DNA of 64,000 nucleotides from Microthyrium microscopicum (Eukaryota): NCBI GenBank assembly GCA_010405405.1, contig MU004243.1, positions 801,340 to 865,339 of the forward strand, read 5' to 3'. Shown piece by piece: positions 62,192 to 64,000 of this stretch (position 1 is its first letter; each line of letters starts with the position of its first letter). The notes under the pieces were generated by a model. It saw only the letters and a program-made list of their open reading frames with translations, ran no database searches and was not told where the DNA came from. The position numbers and the translations under genes were made by a program.

Positions 62192-64000
62192 CCCCAAGCA
62201 CATACAAAGACTTTGCTACTGTTCGCCGCCTTCTTTGAAATAATTCGTTTCAGTTCCTCTTCTTACTGTCGACTGCTTGCTTCTGTCACTTTCGTTTCAT
62301 TCAACAGGCCTATGACTTGTTGTGTTCACTACTAGCACACTTTGCATGTATAGTGTGCCTACGAAGTATATAATGTTCTAAGCGTACCAGAAAGGGAGCT
62401 ACATAGGCTATGTAAGGTTTTATTTAGCAATAGCAGTGTCTGCATATTTGACGACGTTCTTTTTAATCTGGACTATGCAATAAAGACTGAGGTCGCTCTA
62501 TCACAGCTGTAATGATTTTGGCTACTCGCCCACCGTATGGACGCTAGATTTGCAGTGCAAATAGCCTTGCGAACCCAGAGTGCAGTCCAGGACTCCAGGT
62601 GTACACTAGGTACAGCCTCAGCCTGATGATTGTCGTAAAATCACGACAACACTGACTGCAATTTTAGCGCTCCACAGGCCAACACCAAATCATCCAACGA
62701 CTTTCGCCTGGATTTTCTGCTTGAATTTCAAGACGCATGGAACTTTTCATGGAAACCTTCATTTAATGGATTCCGGAATTATGGTACCACGATCTGGTTC
62801 TATCGGGTCTTCTTGATATTCTTCTGGTATTGGATGCTGCTCCCTTACGTCGATAAATAGCAACAAGGCTGCCGACTGGAATTGACATAGGTGACCCAAC
62901 AACATCGGCTGATGGTATTGCACTTATCAGAGTCTCGATTCTTACCAACTGTCTCTAAGAAAATCCAGATTATGAACCGAGAGCTCAAATAATCACCCAA
63001 GTGTGCCTTCCCAACTCCGTGGTCTCTCTGGTGCCTATTTTGCTGTGCAAATTCTTAGGATCTTAATCCTGCCTTAATCTTATCTGATAGGATAGGCCTG
63101 CAGGGCCAGAGAGCGAGGTCTAACGAATTAAGGACATTGTCTGCCGGCTTGAAGTCTGGTCACTTGAAAACTATTATCAGTGCATGGCGCATTCGCCTGA
63201 TCTGGAAGTGGTAAGATGCGTTTGCAGCATTTCCAGTAACCTATCCTGAAGAATGCTCTTACTGGTTGAGAAGTAAATCCGCTGTTCAATAGCGGACTTT
63301 ACCTGTAGATACTAGATACTATGTCAGGCTATATGCATGCAGGTACATCCCGCAAGGTCCACTTTTCTACCAGTACCATGTACCTCGTGAAAGGACTTGT
63401 TGAGCATGTAGATGGACAAACAGTTCTTGATTCAATAATGAAAACATAATTTTGCTGGAGGACAGAAGGCGGACAGTTATGTTCCTACTTCTGATAGTCT
63501 CCAATAGTTGATTCGCGAGAACGTCGAATCCAATGTGTGCTCTAGAAGGATTGAATATTCTATAAATAGATGTGATCGCCCCTCATGCAAAAGCATATAC
63601 CCTTGACAGGACAGAGTACTCAATTGTAACAGTCAGGCCTCAGCCAAAAAAGAAGAATATGGAAGGATTTCAAGTTATTTGTAGAAAGCAGCCCCGCTGA
63701 AGGAGCTGAGGACTGACTGTGATTTATATGTAGGATCTAGACCCTAGAATTAGCTGGCCTATAAAATTACGTGTTGGGTGGACGTGCGCAGGTTAAGGAG
63801 GCTTGGGGCTTTAAGGCTTCGTTGCACAAACGCCCACATGCAGCTCGGGAAATGAGACTGTGCCCCCTTTCCAGTTTTCTTCTCTCTCCTTTCTAAATAT
63901 TTTACAATCTACCCTCTACTTTTGGGATTGCGACCATAGGCAAAATCGGACATGAGACTTAGGATTGAAAGGTTCTACATCCTGGTAAGCTTCACTTTTC

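Overview
Eukaryotic DNA from a filamentous ascomycete (Pezizomycotina-type): short GT-AG introns with CTRAC/CTAAC branch sites, fungal housekeeping genes, and AT-rich patches consistent with RIP. No prokaryotic features or true CRISPR array are present. Conserved genes: VAC8, an LDB19/ART1-like arrestin adaptor, CAF-1 subunit B (CAC2), SRP21, a GFA/Mss4-like protein, a secreted polyamine oxidase and two conserved hypotheticals. Accessory content: (i) a tandem triplet of diverged paralogs of an unrecognised, probably nuclear family (1-7144); (ii) a cutinase whose catalytic Asp and His are separated by a ~320-aa Pro-rich repeat insert carrying Kex2-type sites; (iii) an NLR-like HET-NACHT-C2H2 zinc-finger gene head-to-head with a Rad5/16-type SNF2-RING helicase, the best candidate for an undescribed two-gene system; (iv) a V8-like serine protease with a long N-terminal extension; (v) several pseudogenes; (vi) small repeats, including a ~20-bp motif (CACTGCAATTTTAGCGTCC) dispersed in both orientations and amplified in a 70-bp tandem array, a hairpin-containing ~65-bp element and a MITE. 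Exon boundaries were read by eye and family names come from motif recognition, not database searches.
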